Shown in pieces: positions 38,360-49,511 of a stretch of 64,000 nt of DNA. The position numbers and the translations under genes were made by a program. The DNA is taken from contig JBHGNT010000013.1 in assembly GCA_043228905.1 (NCBI GenBank), positions 12,028,001 through 12,092,000 of the forward strand, read 5' to 3'. The notes under the pieces were generated by a model. It did no database searches. It worked only from the letters and a program-made list of their open reading frames with translations, and was not told the DNA's origin. Numbering within the stretch: the stretch's first letter is position 1; every line of letters starts with the position of its first letter. Source of the stretch: Azolla caroliniana (taxonomy: Eukaryota > Plantae > Polypodiophyta).

Positions 38360-41300
38360 AATGAATACTCAAATGGGGAGCGCTCTCCCTACCGAGAAGT
38401 TGGATCGAAACAACTTCGCATCTTGGGAGTACAAGATGCACCAATACCTTGTCGGACAAGGCTATTGGAGCTACATCAAAGGAGCGCATGAAGATTGACC
38501 CGCCGAAGCGGCTCCCGGATACGCAACATGGGAGCAAGCCGCAAGCCGCGTGATGTATTGTTTGGCGACATGTGTTCACGACCACATGCTCGGTTACATT
38601 CGAGAAGCCAAGACGCCGAAGGAAGCGTGGGAAAACCTACAAAAGATTTTCGCCGCCAACACAACCGCGAGGAAGCTTCAACTCCGCCAAGAGTTGAACA
38701 ACATTCAACAAAGGGATATGTCCATCACGACATACACCTTGAAGATCAAGGGGCTTTGCGACTCGCTCGGCTCAATAAGCGTAAGTATAGATGATGATGA
38801 GATGGTGCAAATATGCCTCGGCGGCCTCGCACCACGGTTCGGCGCGATGCGAACTGCCGTTCTAGCACAGGAGAAATCTCCCTCCTTCTTCGAGCTCCAA
38901 TCAATGCTATTGGTCAAAGAAAACCACGTGCGTACAAGGAGCAATGAGTCGGAAGGCCACATGCTCTACACGTAGTCTAATGGAGGAAGAGGACGCGGAC
39001 GAGCGAGAGGCCGATTCGGCCAAGGACAAGGTGGACGAGGTCCGACCTACGACAACAACTCCCAATTTCAGCCGCAAAACGGAGGCCAACGAGGAACCTT
39101 CACAAGAAGGGGGAGCTTCCACTCCGGCCCGAGCCGTCAAAACGCAACCGAATGCGGATATTGCGGAAAGCTCGGCCACCACGAAGAAGAGTGCCGAAAG
39201 AAGATGCGTGAATCGGCTTCCACAAGCTGACAACTCACGAATTACGCGCACAATTCCGACTACGAAGAGCATAGCGGAATGTACGGGCACAACTCCGACT
39301 ACGAGGATCGTGGCGGAATATACGCATACAACTCCGACCGTGGCGGAATGTTCATGATGAAACATAGAGCAAAGTCTATGTCGGCCTCTACCTCAACTAG
39401 TGCCCTCAATCCGGAGGACGTATGGTTTGTTGACTTCGGAGCCTCAAACCATATGACATCCCACAAAGAATGGTTTCTCGAACTTTGAGAGCCGGAGCGA
39501 CCCGGTTATGTCGAAACCGGAGATGACACTACGCACCTGATTCGGCACATCGGCAACGTTCCGTTCGGCGAAAGAGGTAAGCAAACATACATTAAAAATG
39601 TCTTGCATGTACCCACCATCACAAAGAATTTGGTCTCGGTCGGCCAAATGGTTGAGCAAGGGACGCAAGTACGATTCGACCAAGAAGGGTGCTTCATTGA
39701 AAAAGAAGGCCGAATCATCGCACGTGGAAGAAGAGAGGGCCGGATGTTCATTCTCGATTCGCATGAGATGAAATCCGCCATGTTCACGAAAAGCACGAAA
39801 GCGGACTCCGACATAGAGCTATGGCATAAGAGAATCGGCCACATCAATCTCAACAAACTCAAAGCAATGAAATCGAAAGGAGTCGTCATCGGACTCCCGA
39901 CATTCAAAGAGAAGGAGATTGAAGGTGTATGCGAAGCGTGCCAATTCGGGAAGCAACACCGACACCCATTTCCGAAGGAGCGGAATGTGAGCAAAGGCGT
40001 ACTCGACGTAATTCATTCCGATGTATGGGGTCCGGCTCAAACGGCGACATTCGGCGGATGCCGCTATTACGTGCTCTTCATCGACGACTTTTCTAGGCAC
40101 ACTTGGATCTACCCGATGCGGCAAAAGAGCGAAGTGTTCGGACACTTCCAAAATTTCAAGAATGAAGTCAAGAAAGCCACGGGCCAACATGTACGATGCC
40201 TTCGATCGGATGGCGGCAAGGAGTACTTCTCGGACGATTTCACGGCGTATCTCCGAAAGGAAGGAATTCGGCGAGAATTCACTTGCCGACACACTCCGCA
40301 ACAAAACGGAGTAGCCGAGCGCAAAAACCGGCACATCCTCGAAGTAGCGTGGGCCATGATGAATGAGAAGCATATGCCCAAGTCATATTGGGCCAAAGCG
40401 GCAAATACGACCGTCTACCTAATAAACCGGTGCACAACATCCGGTGTGCACGAGGTCACTCCGCACGAAAGATTCTTTGGAAAGAAGCTGAACCTATCAC
40501 ATGTTCGGATATTCGGCTCCATTGCGTACGTACACATTCCCGACGAGAAGCGTTAAAAGCTCGACCCGAAGTTGGAGAAATGTATCCTCGTAGGATACTC
40601 ATTGGAGCAAAAGGGGTACAAGTGCTACAACCCCTCAACTCGACAATCTCGAGTAAGTCGAGACGTCATCTTTGACGAGTCTGCATCCTGGTACGCACCA
40701 GAGACAACTTTGACTCTGACCCCGCCGAACAAGAGATAGAGGATGAAGATCACCTTATGCGCATGTTCGAAGATGGACAAAGGCAAGGTGAAAATGGCGG
40801 AATACGAAGACGATCACTTCACTGACGATGAGTCAACTCACTCACTCGACAATGAGTTTGGCGGTTTCGAGGTACCAATCGGAGCAAAGAAAGCCCTCAT
40901 CTTTGCAAATGAAAAGCTCTGCCGATCCACTTGTGAAAAGAACCCCGTAAGTCGATTCGGCTACAACGATTACATGGCGTACCATTACGCCTTTATGATG
41001 AAGGTAGCGACAGTACCGGAGCCGGAAACCTTTTCGGAAGCCGCGAAGGACCCGTGATGGATCGAAGCAATGAACGAGGAGATGCAGGCACTACGGAAGA
41101 ACGAGACATGGGATCTCGTTCCCACCTCACAACACAAAAAGGCGATCCGATGCAGATGGATCTACAAGGTGAAGTATAACGCCGATGGTTCCGTCAACCG
41201 CTACAAAGCTCGACTCGTAGCGAAAGGATACGCTTAGACACATGGCATTGACTACGAAGAAACCTTTGCCCCGGTGGCAAAGATGACGACGGTGCGGACC

Positions 41301-42587
41301 GTAATTGCGATTGCCGCGGCGAAAGGGTGGCACCTCCATCAAATGGACGTCAAGAACGCCTTTCTACAAGGCGAATTAGAAGAGGAGGTGTACATGCTAC
41401 AACCACCCGGCTTCAACTCGAGCACCCATCCGAAAGCTGTATGTCGACTCAAGAAGCCACTCTACAGCCTCAAGCAAGCACTGCGTGCTTGGCATTCGAA
41501 GATAATGCAATATCTTCATCAAATCGGCTTCCGTATGTCAAAATCAGACAACTCCCTTTACATACGAAGTGATTCCGCAAGTCTGATCGTCATCATTTTA
41601 TATGTGGATGACCTAGTCATTGGAGGTGAGCATCTCGTCGAAATCAATAAGGTCAAATCCCTCCTTTCCGACAAGTTCGAGATGACGGACATGAAGGAGC
41701 TCCACTACTTCCTCGGCATCGAGGTAATTCGGACTCCGACCGGGATCATGATCTCTCAACGGCACTACATCCTCAACTTGTTATACAAGTTCGGGATGAC
41801 TGAGTGCAAATCCGTGGCAACCCCGCTCGATCGTAATCTCAAACTAGATGCGAACTCCGGCACCAAAGCGTGTGAGCCGACTCAGTATCGGCAACTCATC
41901 GGGAGTCTCATCTACCTCATGATCACTCGACCCGATCTCAGTTATCCGGTCGGTCTCCTTAGCCAATTCATGCAAACACCGCATGATACTCACTTGGATT
42001 GTGCTAAGCGAGTTCTACGGTACGTGAGCGGCATAATGGATTGCGGCATCCTCTACAAGACCGTGATGCCAATACGACTCGAGGGGTACACAGACGCCGA
42101 TTGGGCCGGCTACAAAGCCGATAGAAGATCAACCTCCGGATTTGTTTTCTCCCTTGGTAGCGGAGCAATATCCTGGAGTAGCAAGAAGCAGCCCACCGTC
42201 GCTCTTTCGAGTACGGAGGCGGAATACAGGGGCGCAGCCGTAGCTGCGTGTGAAGCCGTATGGCTCAAGAGGATTTTGAAGGATCTGGGCGTACCCATCA
42301 AGGATCCAACTTCCCTTTACTGCGACAACATGAGCAGTATCTATCTGGCTCGGAACCCGGTGTTCCACGCGAGGACAAAGCACATCGAAGTGCACTATCA
42401 CTTCATCCGAGAGCGCGTTCTGGCTGGCGATGTCGACCTACAACACATAAGCACCAATCTTCAAACGGCCGACATCTTCACTAAAGCCTTAGGAGCCGAC
42501 AAGCTATGGCAATTCATGACCGATCTCGGATTGACGATCCCTGATCTGCCAAGCTTGGGGGGGAGTACTGAAGAAACTACGCAATAA
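38360..42587 (+). pseudogene. Copia E gag-pol with scattered stops
   Basis: ORFs 38550-38975, 39603-40556 (integrase) and 41274-42587 (RT YVDD plus RNase H). Confidence 0.95.
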
Positions 42588-43242
42588 CGCGTAGATTTTG
42601 CAACCACACACCGTAGCAACAAAGAGCCGGTCTACCGCGCAAAGCCGCGAAGAAAGACGCAAGCTGAAGCACAGACTTCGTAACTATGCACAACGCAAGC
42701 TGGAGCACGGATTCCGCAACTCCGCATAAAGTGAGTCGACACGAGTCGACGCGGACTCCCGATGAGCCTTGTAGTTAATGAAGAGAGAGGGTGACTACAT
42801 AAAGCACCCTCCTCCCACCTTGTACAATGTTGTGTCTTTCTCCTTTGTCAATATACCTTTACTCTACGTATTCCTTGTCTCGCTCTCTCACTCTCTCTCA
42901 TACACACACATAACTCATATCACTTCCGCTTCACAAGAATCAATCTCTTGATTCTTTTCAGGACATACTCTTGAAATTGAGAGAATTCACAAACCAAGAA
43001 AAAAAACAAAGATGAATGGGCAATAAAGGATAGTCTCCACTCTAGATCTTCCAATCTATCAAAAAAAAGAAGAAGAAAGATGAAGGCTCACATTAGCTTA
43101 CACGCACATGCAAATCCGAAGTTACGGTAAGAGTTCTTAGGATGGGTGTGGGGAGTTGTTGCACTATTTGTGCCTCCGAAGTTCCATGGTATAGAAGTCT
43201 ACACAGAAACACTTTTGGTCCTCGAATTGCAAGACTATGAAG

Positions 43243-43860
43243 AAATGTCTAATCTGAAAGTCAGTAGCCTGTATAGTATCATGAAGAGGAGGCAATTGAA
43301 GTGGTTCACAGTTTCAAACACCTTAGTGTTGCCATACCTAGTCAACACACTTGGAATACATGGTGAATGGAAACCACACAGATTCATAGTATGAATTTGA
43401 GAGCATGTGGCACTTGCGCACAACCCAAAGATGGGAGATTCCAACAATGTCATTTGTATGCATGCATCACATAAACCAAGCATGCTCTTACACAGATTTA
43501 TGCAGACAATGTTGTATTTCAGACATGTTATCAACTATGATTGCAAACGCTTCCAGATATGATCATTCCTTTTTTGAGAATAGTGGCCTAGCAATCAAAG
43601 TGCCTAAAATCAAGTTCATGGTGAGAAGCAATGTCTAATTTGACAGCCAATAGCCTGTAGAGTATCATGAAGAGGAGGCAATTGAAGTGGTTCACAGTTT
43701 CAAACACCTCAGTGTTGCCATACCTAGTCAGCACACTTGGAATACATGGTGAAGGAAACTACATAGATTCATACTAGGAATTTGAGAGCATGTCGCACTT
43801 GAGCACAACCCAAAGATGGGAGATTACAACAATGTCATTCGTATGCATGCATCACACAAA
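43243..43860. repeat. ~230-bp direct repeat (period ~387 bp) in the hAT upstream region
   Basis: 43243-43474 versus 43630-43860, sharing TAGCCTGTA.AGTATCATGAAGAGGAGGCAATTGAAGTGG...GCATGCATCACA. Confidence 0.9.
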
Positions 43861-44315
43861 TTCTGCTTTACAAAAAAGGTATGGGAGGAAGCATTTCAGC
43901 AAGCTTGTGGAATGAAACAATGAAAGTATAAAAGAGATTTCATTGCCTTCATTTAGGGGGTTAAGAGCACAACCCCAGTACAACTAGAAACGGGAAGAAA
44001 GCCAATCAAGTGGTGTGAACTTCAAAGGGGTTATTCCAAGAAAATATTGAAAGTAAGGATGACCGCATGAGATTGTATCCTCAATGCATGAGATTAAATA
44101 TACTATATATAATATGTATTATGACATTATACAATGTCATATATATATGACATGGAAAATAAATTTTTTGCATGTCATTTGACTTGTATAAATTTTGGGC
44201 ACCTTTCACATGAAAAATGAAAATTGTAAGTTTATATGTCACTTGACGAACATTTTTATTGGGTGTGTGTTTTTGACGGGCATGACACCCGTCAAATTCC
44301 TGCCCTGGCGGCAAG

Positions 44316-45097
44316 CATGGACCTCGAGGTAGAACAACTAGACGTCAAGACAACGTTCCTTCATGGTGACCTCGAAGAGGAGATCTACATGCAACAACCA
44401 GAAGGATTTGAGAAGAAAGGGAAGGAGCACCTGGTGTGTCGGCTGAAGAAGAGCTTATACGGACTTAATCAAGCTCCCCTGCAATGGTACCGGAAGTTCG
44501 ATTCCTTCATGAACGACCAAGGGTACCACAAGACGCAGGCCGATCATTGCGTGTTTGTAGAAATTTGACGGAGGAGATTTCCTGATACTCCTCCTATATG
44601 TGGATGATATGTTGATCGTCAGACGAGACCAAGGCAAGATCCGGATGTTGAAGAAGGCTCTGAACCAGACCTTCTTAATGAAAGACTTGGGTCCAGCAAG
44701 ATAGATATTGGGAATGCACATAATCCGGGATTGGTCGAAGAAGGTGTTGTGGTTGTCATAGGAGAAGTACATGACAAAGGTGCTTCAATGGTTCAACATG
44801 TTGGAGGTGAAACCGGTCGGATCGACACTTCTGGCAAACTGCAAGCTATCCAGAAAACAAAGTTCGAGGACAAAGGTAGAGAAGACGGATATGATGAAGA
44901 TACCATATACCTCTGCCGTTGGAAGCTTGATGAATTCGTTGGTATGTACCCGGCCGAATATCGGATATGCAGTCGATGTGGTGAGCCGGTTCATGAGCAA
45001 TCCCGGAAGAGAGCACTGGAACGCGGTCAAGTGGATACTCCGGTATCTGAAAGGCACCTCGAGTATGTGTCTCCGGTTCGGCTCTGGTAACCGGTGA
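44316..45097 (+). pseudogene. Copia D RT remainder
   Basis: QLDVKTTFLHGDLEEEIYM, LYVDDML, TRPNIGYAV, HWNAVKWILRYLKGT. Confidence 0.95.
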
Positions 45098-45602
45098 TCA
45101 ATGAAGAGGACCCGATGAGAACCGGAAGAGATCTGGAAACTGGATCGGTGGACCTGGTGAGAGCCGGAAGAGAAGACATATTTGTAAATATGTTTTAAGT
45201 AAGCCTATTGGGGCTATATTTGTAAATAGCCCTAAGTTCATATAAGTATAAATATGACTTAGGGCAATCACTTTATATGAGTGTTGTAGCCATATTGTTG
45301 TATGTGCATAACTATTGTATATATAGAGAGAGAGAGCGTGAGAGTAGCTACGAGCACTTTCTGTTGTAACCGTCGTTTGGCGAAGATCGCGACCACCAGG
45401 TCGTTGCCTCTGTGTTTCCACTTTGTACTTCCTCTCATATAGTGATAGTTCGGAGTCCGTGGGCTCCCATGGTTTTTTCTTGATTAGGGTTTTCCACACA
45501 AACATCCTGTGTACTCTCTACTTCCCATTTCCGTGTTTCATTCTCATTGAAGTGATTCAAGCTTCGGTTGTGGCCGAGCAATATTCTGTGCTATCCTCCA
45601 CA
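45091..45602 (+). repeat. 3' LTR of Copia D, lacking its first ~30 bp
   Basis: Matches the 5' LTR from CC(A/G)GTGAT onward and has one extra internal repeat unit. Confidence 0.9.
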
Positions 45603-45675
45603 CTATGCAACCTGCAAAGTCCGAGTCGGTGTATCTGACTACACCTGAGATGTTGTTTGGACTGAACAGAATACC

Positions 45676-46386
45676 TGACGGGAACTAGTCGTTCCTTATG
45701 CTCAACGCTCAGCCACAACTGAGCTTAGAATTATACACAGAAAACGGGAAGTAAATGCACGACACAAAGGAGAGAAAAGGTACACAGGATGTTTACGTGG
45801 AAAACCCAAACTAAGGGACCAACCACGGCAACCCACAGGCTGCAAAATATCACTATGTTGGAATGTACAAATAGTGAGTTCACGGAGGCAACGACCTCGT
45901 GCTCACGATCTTCGCCACAGGCGGCGGTTACAACAGAGGCAGCGACCTCTCTCTCTCTCTCTCTCTGTACACTGTTACGCGCTCTAATCTCGTGCAAAAC
46001 AGGAATGACAACAACAACAACAGTCAACAACAATCAACAACAAACTAAAAGTTTACCCTAAGTCATATTTATACTAATATGACTTTTCGGCTATTTACAA
46101 ATATAGTCTCTTCATCCGGTTCTCACCGGGTCTGCACCATCCGGCTCTCCGTAGCCGGGTACTCCTCATCCGGTTCTCACCAGGTCTGCACCATCCGGTT
46201 CTTCGAAGCCGGGTACTCCTCATCCGGTTCTCATCGGGTCTGCGTCATCCGGCTCTCCGTAGCCGGGTACTCCTCATCCGGTTCTCATCGGGTCTGCACC
46301 ATCCGGCTCTCCGTAGCCGGGTACTCCTCATCCGGATCCGGCACTGTTCTTCTCTCTTCCTATCCGGAGGGACCTGTCTTCCAACA
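45676..46386 (-). mobile_element. Copia solo LTR (711 bp) related to the D LTR, TSD ATACC
   Basis: ATACC at 45671-45675 and 46387-46391. The reverse-complement start TGTTGGAAGACAGGTCCCTCCGGAT resembles D's TGTTGGGAAATCGGGCCCTCCGGAT. Removing it restores GTKDLGILF of Copia C. Confidence 0.93.
46111..46335. repeat. 54-bp tandem repeat x4 in the solo LTR
   Basis: Unit CTCATCCGGTTCTCACCGGGTCTGCACCATCCGGCTCTCCGTAGCCGGGTACTC. Confidence 0.95.
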
Positions 46387-47337
46387 ATACCAAGGTCTTT
46401 TGTGCCCACAGGATATCTAAACACATGCTTCACTGCATTCCAGTGCGATCGGCCGGGATTATGCATAAATCTATTGACGACTCCAACGGTGTGAGCGATG
46501 TCAGGCCGTGTCGCGAGCATCACGTACATTAGGGAGCCAACTGCCAGTGCATACGGTACCGACTTCATAATTTCCCGCTCCGGACCAGATATCGAGCAGT
46601 CTTGTTGAGATAACCGAGTATGAATAGGGAGTGGGGTAGAGGCAGATTTTGCCGATTGCATATTGAAGCGTTCGAGGACACGTTGTCGTGAAGAAAACCG
46701 TCCCTTAGCGCAATCAGTGCATAGAGCGCGTGAACCAGCTCTTCACGCGTGCGCGCCCTTTAATGTATATAATAGGGAATTAGGTACATAGATATATCCT
46801 GGGTAGTTAGATTCGGTAGGTAGGAAGTAAATGAGGGAGACGGCTCCCTTCTTGAAGCCATAAAAGAGAGGGAGACGCGGAGGGAAGGGGATCGCGCATT
46901 GAGGAGGACGAAGTGCTGTCAGACTGTAACCGAACGCTTCTCCTCTGTTTGTTCTCTATTGCTCTTCTCTGCAGGTTTTCGAGAGGCTCGCGCTGCTTCG
47001 AGGAACACCCGTGTGCTTCCGGCAGCACCTCCATCCTATCCCCTTTCGTGCGCAGACGAACAGGCATCGGCATCTGTTCGCCGGCCTGTTCGGTTGTAAC
47101 CGCTCGCGTTCTCTGTTGTTTTTGTGTCATTTGTTAATATACAAACATTCGTGTCTCTCTGTCTCTGTGTCCGTTCGTGTCTTCTGCGTTGCCGGGCCGT
47201 GTCCCTGTGTTTCTTTGCTCATACGTAACCGGTCGTCTCTCTCTTTCTTGTTCCCCTTCTATCACCTGCTCTTCGGTTCAAGACCCCGGTGGTCCCACCT
47301 CGTTTCTCCACGCACGCGCGTAGTAACGCGACATATT

Positions 47338-47354
47338 TGGTGAACCCGACGTGA
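47338..47354 (+). promoter_or_regulatory. Primer-binding site complementary to the tRNA-Trp 3' end (element F)
   Basis: The reverse complement is TCACGTCGGGTTCACCA, matching the 3' end of plant cytosolic tRNA-Trp as I recall it. Confidence 0.85.
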
Positions 47355-49328
47355 ACAAGGCGGCAGAGGAGCAGAAGATGAAGGGGTCGGATCTTGCAGA
47401 GGCCATGGCTTCGGCCGTGGACCGGATAGTGAGCGCGCGTGAGGGCACCGGCGCCCTTGACAAGGCTATTGAGGCGATCGTCGGTATGATCGGCCGGTTC
47501 AGTGGAAAGGATGCCATGAGTTATTTGGCGTCCTACCGGGCGGAGATGTTGATGAGGGATATTCCGGAAGAGAGGCGTCTTGCCGGATTCCCTCGAGTGG
47601 CGATGCCGGGCATCCATGCGGAGGTGCTCGAGGTCCGGGCGAAGAGCCGGACTTGGGAGGAGTTCGAAGGACGGCTCCTGGAGAAATACGGGCTGGATGA
47701 TGCGCTTCGACTTTCGAAGCGGGGCTTCATGGAGTGGGTGGAGTCCCCTGACAAAGGAAGAAATGCGTCGGTATTCCTCCGGGAGTTTGAGGAACGCTTT
47801 GCGCGCCTTTCGACGCTCGATTGGACCGTTCTGGACACAAGTCGTGTTCTATTGTTTGTCAAATCGATTGACGCACGGGATCGGGAGCAAGTGGGCTCCT
47901 TAATGGAAACCGAAGACGGGTTGACGACCGACTGGACCGCGGTAAAAAGAGTCTGTGGCCGTTTTGACAAACGGTGGGAGTGGGCTGATACAGGGGTGAC
48001 CGGGGCGGGTCCTGTCGCAGCAAAGAAGCTCGAACCAATACCGCAGGCGCGAAGGGAAGAGACCCGGGAGTGGCTCGAAACCGGTTCGGCTTCGACCAGC
48101 GTGGTCAGAGGCTCGTCCGGGGGAACAACTTTGGAGGAGTTGACACGGGCGGTAAAGGATCTCCAGATCGCCCAGGCTCGGAGGGAAGGTGGCGAACAGA
48201 CTCGTGACCGACGGCCTCCAGCAGGAAATAGGTGCATGTGGTGCGACGAGGTCGGCCACATTTGGAAAGACTGCGGGGACTTTGCGGAGGCTTTGAGAAG
48301 CCGGGTAGTGTACCTGTGGGAAGGTCGGGTGCACGCCAGTGATACCCGAAGGGCCCTGAACTGAAACGACGGGCAAGGAGAAATGAAAAGGCTGATGGAA
48401 GAGGCGGCGGCTCGGCACGCGGAGACCGTCCACTACTCAGCGTCATCCGGTATTCGGGTCGGAGGCAGCGAGGCCCGGAAGGAGAGCAAAGCCGGGTTTA
48501 GGTAAACGGGTAGGTAAAACCGGAGGGGCCGGACCCTCACAGAGATACGAAACCCGATTCGGTCCAAAATGGAACGAGGCCGGTGAGTCCAATGTCCGGG
48601 ATAACCACAAGAAGGGCGGATACCGTTTGGGCACGGAGATCGAAAGGACCACGGACCTACGAAAGGTCCTGGAAGAACGAATCCTCGACAGCAAGGTGGA
48701 ACTGTCGTTGCGAGAGGTGCTCGGAATCGCCAAGAAGGAGTTCCACGACTCCATCATAGACTTGGTGAAGAGGAAGAGGTTGTCGACGGAGGCAGAACCG
48801 GAAAGGCCGGTGGAGGTGCGGACGACGCACATAGAGGACATGGCGCTGGAAGACGAGTGGGCGGAGAGCCACAATTCGAGGCCACACTGGGCCCGAGCGA
48901 CCACGGAAACCCCGATGAAGATCGGAGATGTTCAGGAACCGGTGGTGGCGCTGGTGGACCACGGTTCGGAAATAAACCTGATGTCCATGGACTTCTACAA
49001 GAAGGGGAAATGGCCGATCTACACCAAGCACGGGTGGAAGATACGGGCAGTGACGCGCGCCACCGAGGAACTACACGGGGCCTGCCCGAACGTGCGAGTC
49101 AAGATCGGCGACGTCGAGATAGACCAGCACTTCTTTGTGCAGGAGACGTCCTCGCACCCGGTCATACTGGGAGAACTGTACATTACGGCAGCACGGATGG
49201 AGACCAAGGTGCTGGACAACGGGTCGGCTTACGCGAGGGTCAAGAGTCAGGACGGGCGTCATTCGGTCCAATTCCTGACGGTGCGAAACTGCGAATCCCT
49301 CGGTGGCGAGAACCGAGAGGATTTTTAG
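47351..49328 (+). pseudogene. Element F Gag (CMWCDEVGHIWKDC) and protease (LVDHGSEINLM), interrupted
   Basis: ORFs 47351-48364 and 48627-49328, homologous to element G. Confidence 0.9.
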
Positions 49329-49511
49329 AGAGGGCTGTCAAGGCGTGGGGCCACGAAACCGAAGAAACCTTGTACCATAAGTAGGAAGTTTTGTTTCTCC
49401 GACAACGGAGGGTGTACGATAGTCGGTGTCGTTGGCCGAGAAAAGACAAGGGCGGAAGAGCGACTCCGGGCGTGCGGAGTTCTCGGGCCCAACGAGGAAA
49501 TCAACGGAGCC

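Larger units (their letters stand above)
37832..42960 (+). mobile_element. Element E: Ty1/Copia related to element A, TSD GGACA, inserted at the transposase start codon
   Basis: GGACA at 37827-37831 and 42961-42965. 5' LTR 37832-38202 and perfect PBS TGGTATCAGAGC at 38203-38214. The 3' LTR covers only 42762-42960. Shares FGYN(D/E)YMA(Y/H)HYA and CLRSDGGKEYFS motifs with A. Confidence 0.97.
35280..44307 (-). mobile_element. hAT DNA transposon with ~20-bp TIRs and an 8-bp TSD
   Basis: TIRs TAGGGCCTGAATTTGACGGGT and (reverse complement) CAGGGCAGGAATTTGACGGGT. TSD GCAACAAG (35272-35279) and GCGGCAAG (44308-44315). Subterminal TTTGACGGG motifs. Removing it restores VLSIAASMDLEVEQLDVKT of the Copia D RT. 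Confidence 0.93.
31879..45602 (+). mobile_element. Element D: Tnt1/Tork-like Ty1/Copia, TSD CTATG, interrupted by a hAT element; RNase H and PPT deleted
   Basis: CTATG at 31874-31878 and 45603-45607. 5' LTR 31879-32388 with degenerate PBS TAGTATTAGAGC, and 3' LTR at about 45091-45602. gag-PR-INT-RT at 32418-35279 and the RT remainder at 44316-45097. Confidence 0.96.

Noticed and set aside
46111-46335. CRISPR-like or protein-repeat interpretation of the 54-bp array (ORF 46079-46420)
   Set aside because: The units are contiguous with no unique spacers and lie inside an LTR in a eukaryotic context.
47533-48261. Long antisense ORFs over gag/pol (also 57072-57722, 39819-40373)
   Set aside because: They are explained by GC-rich codon bias of the sense ORFs and show no evident conservation between F and G.
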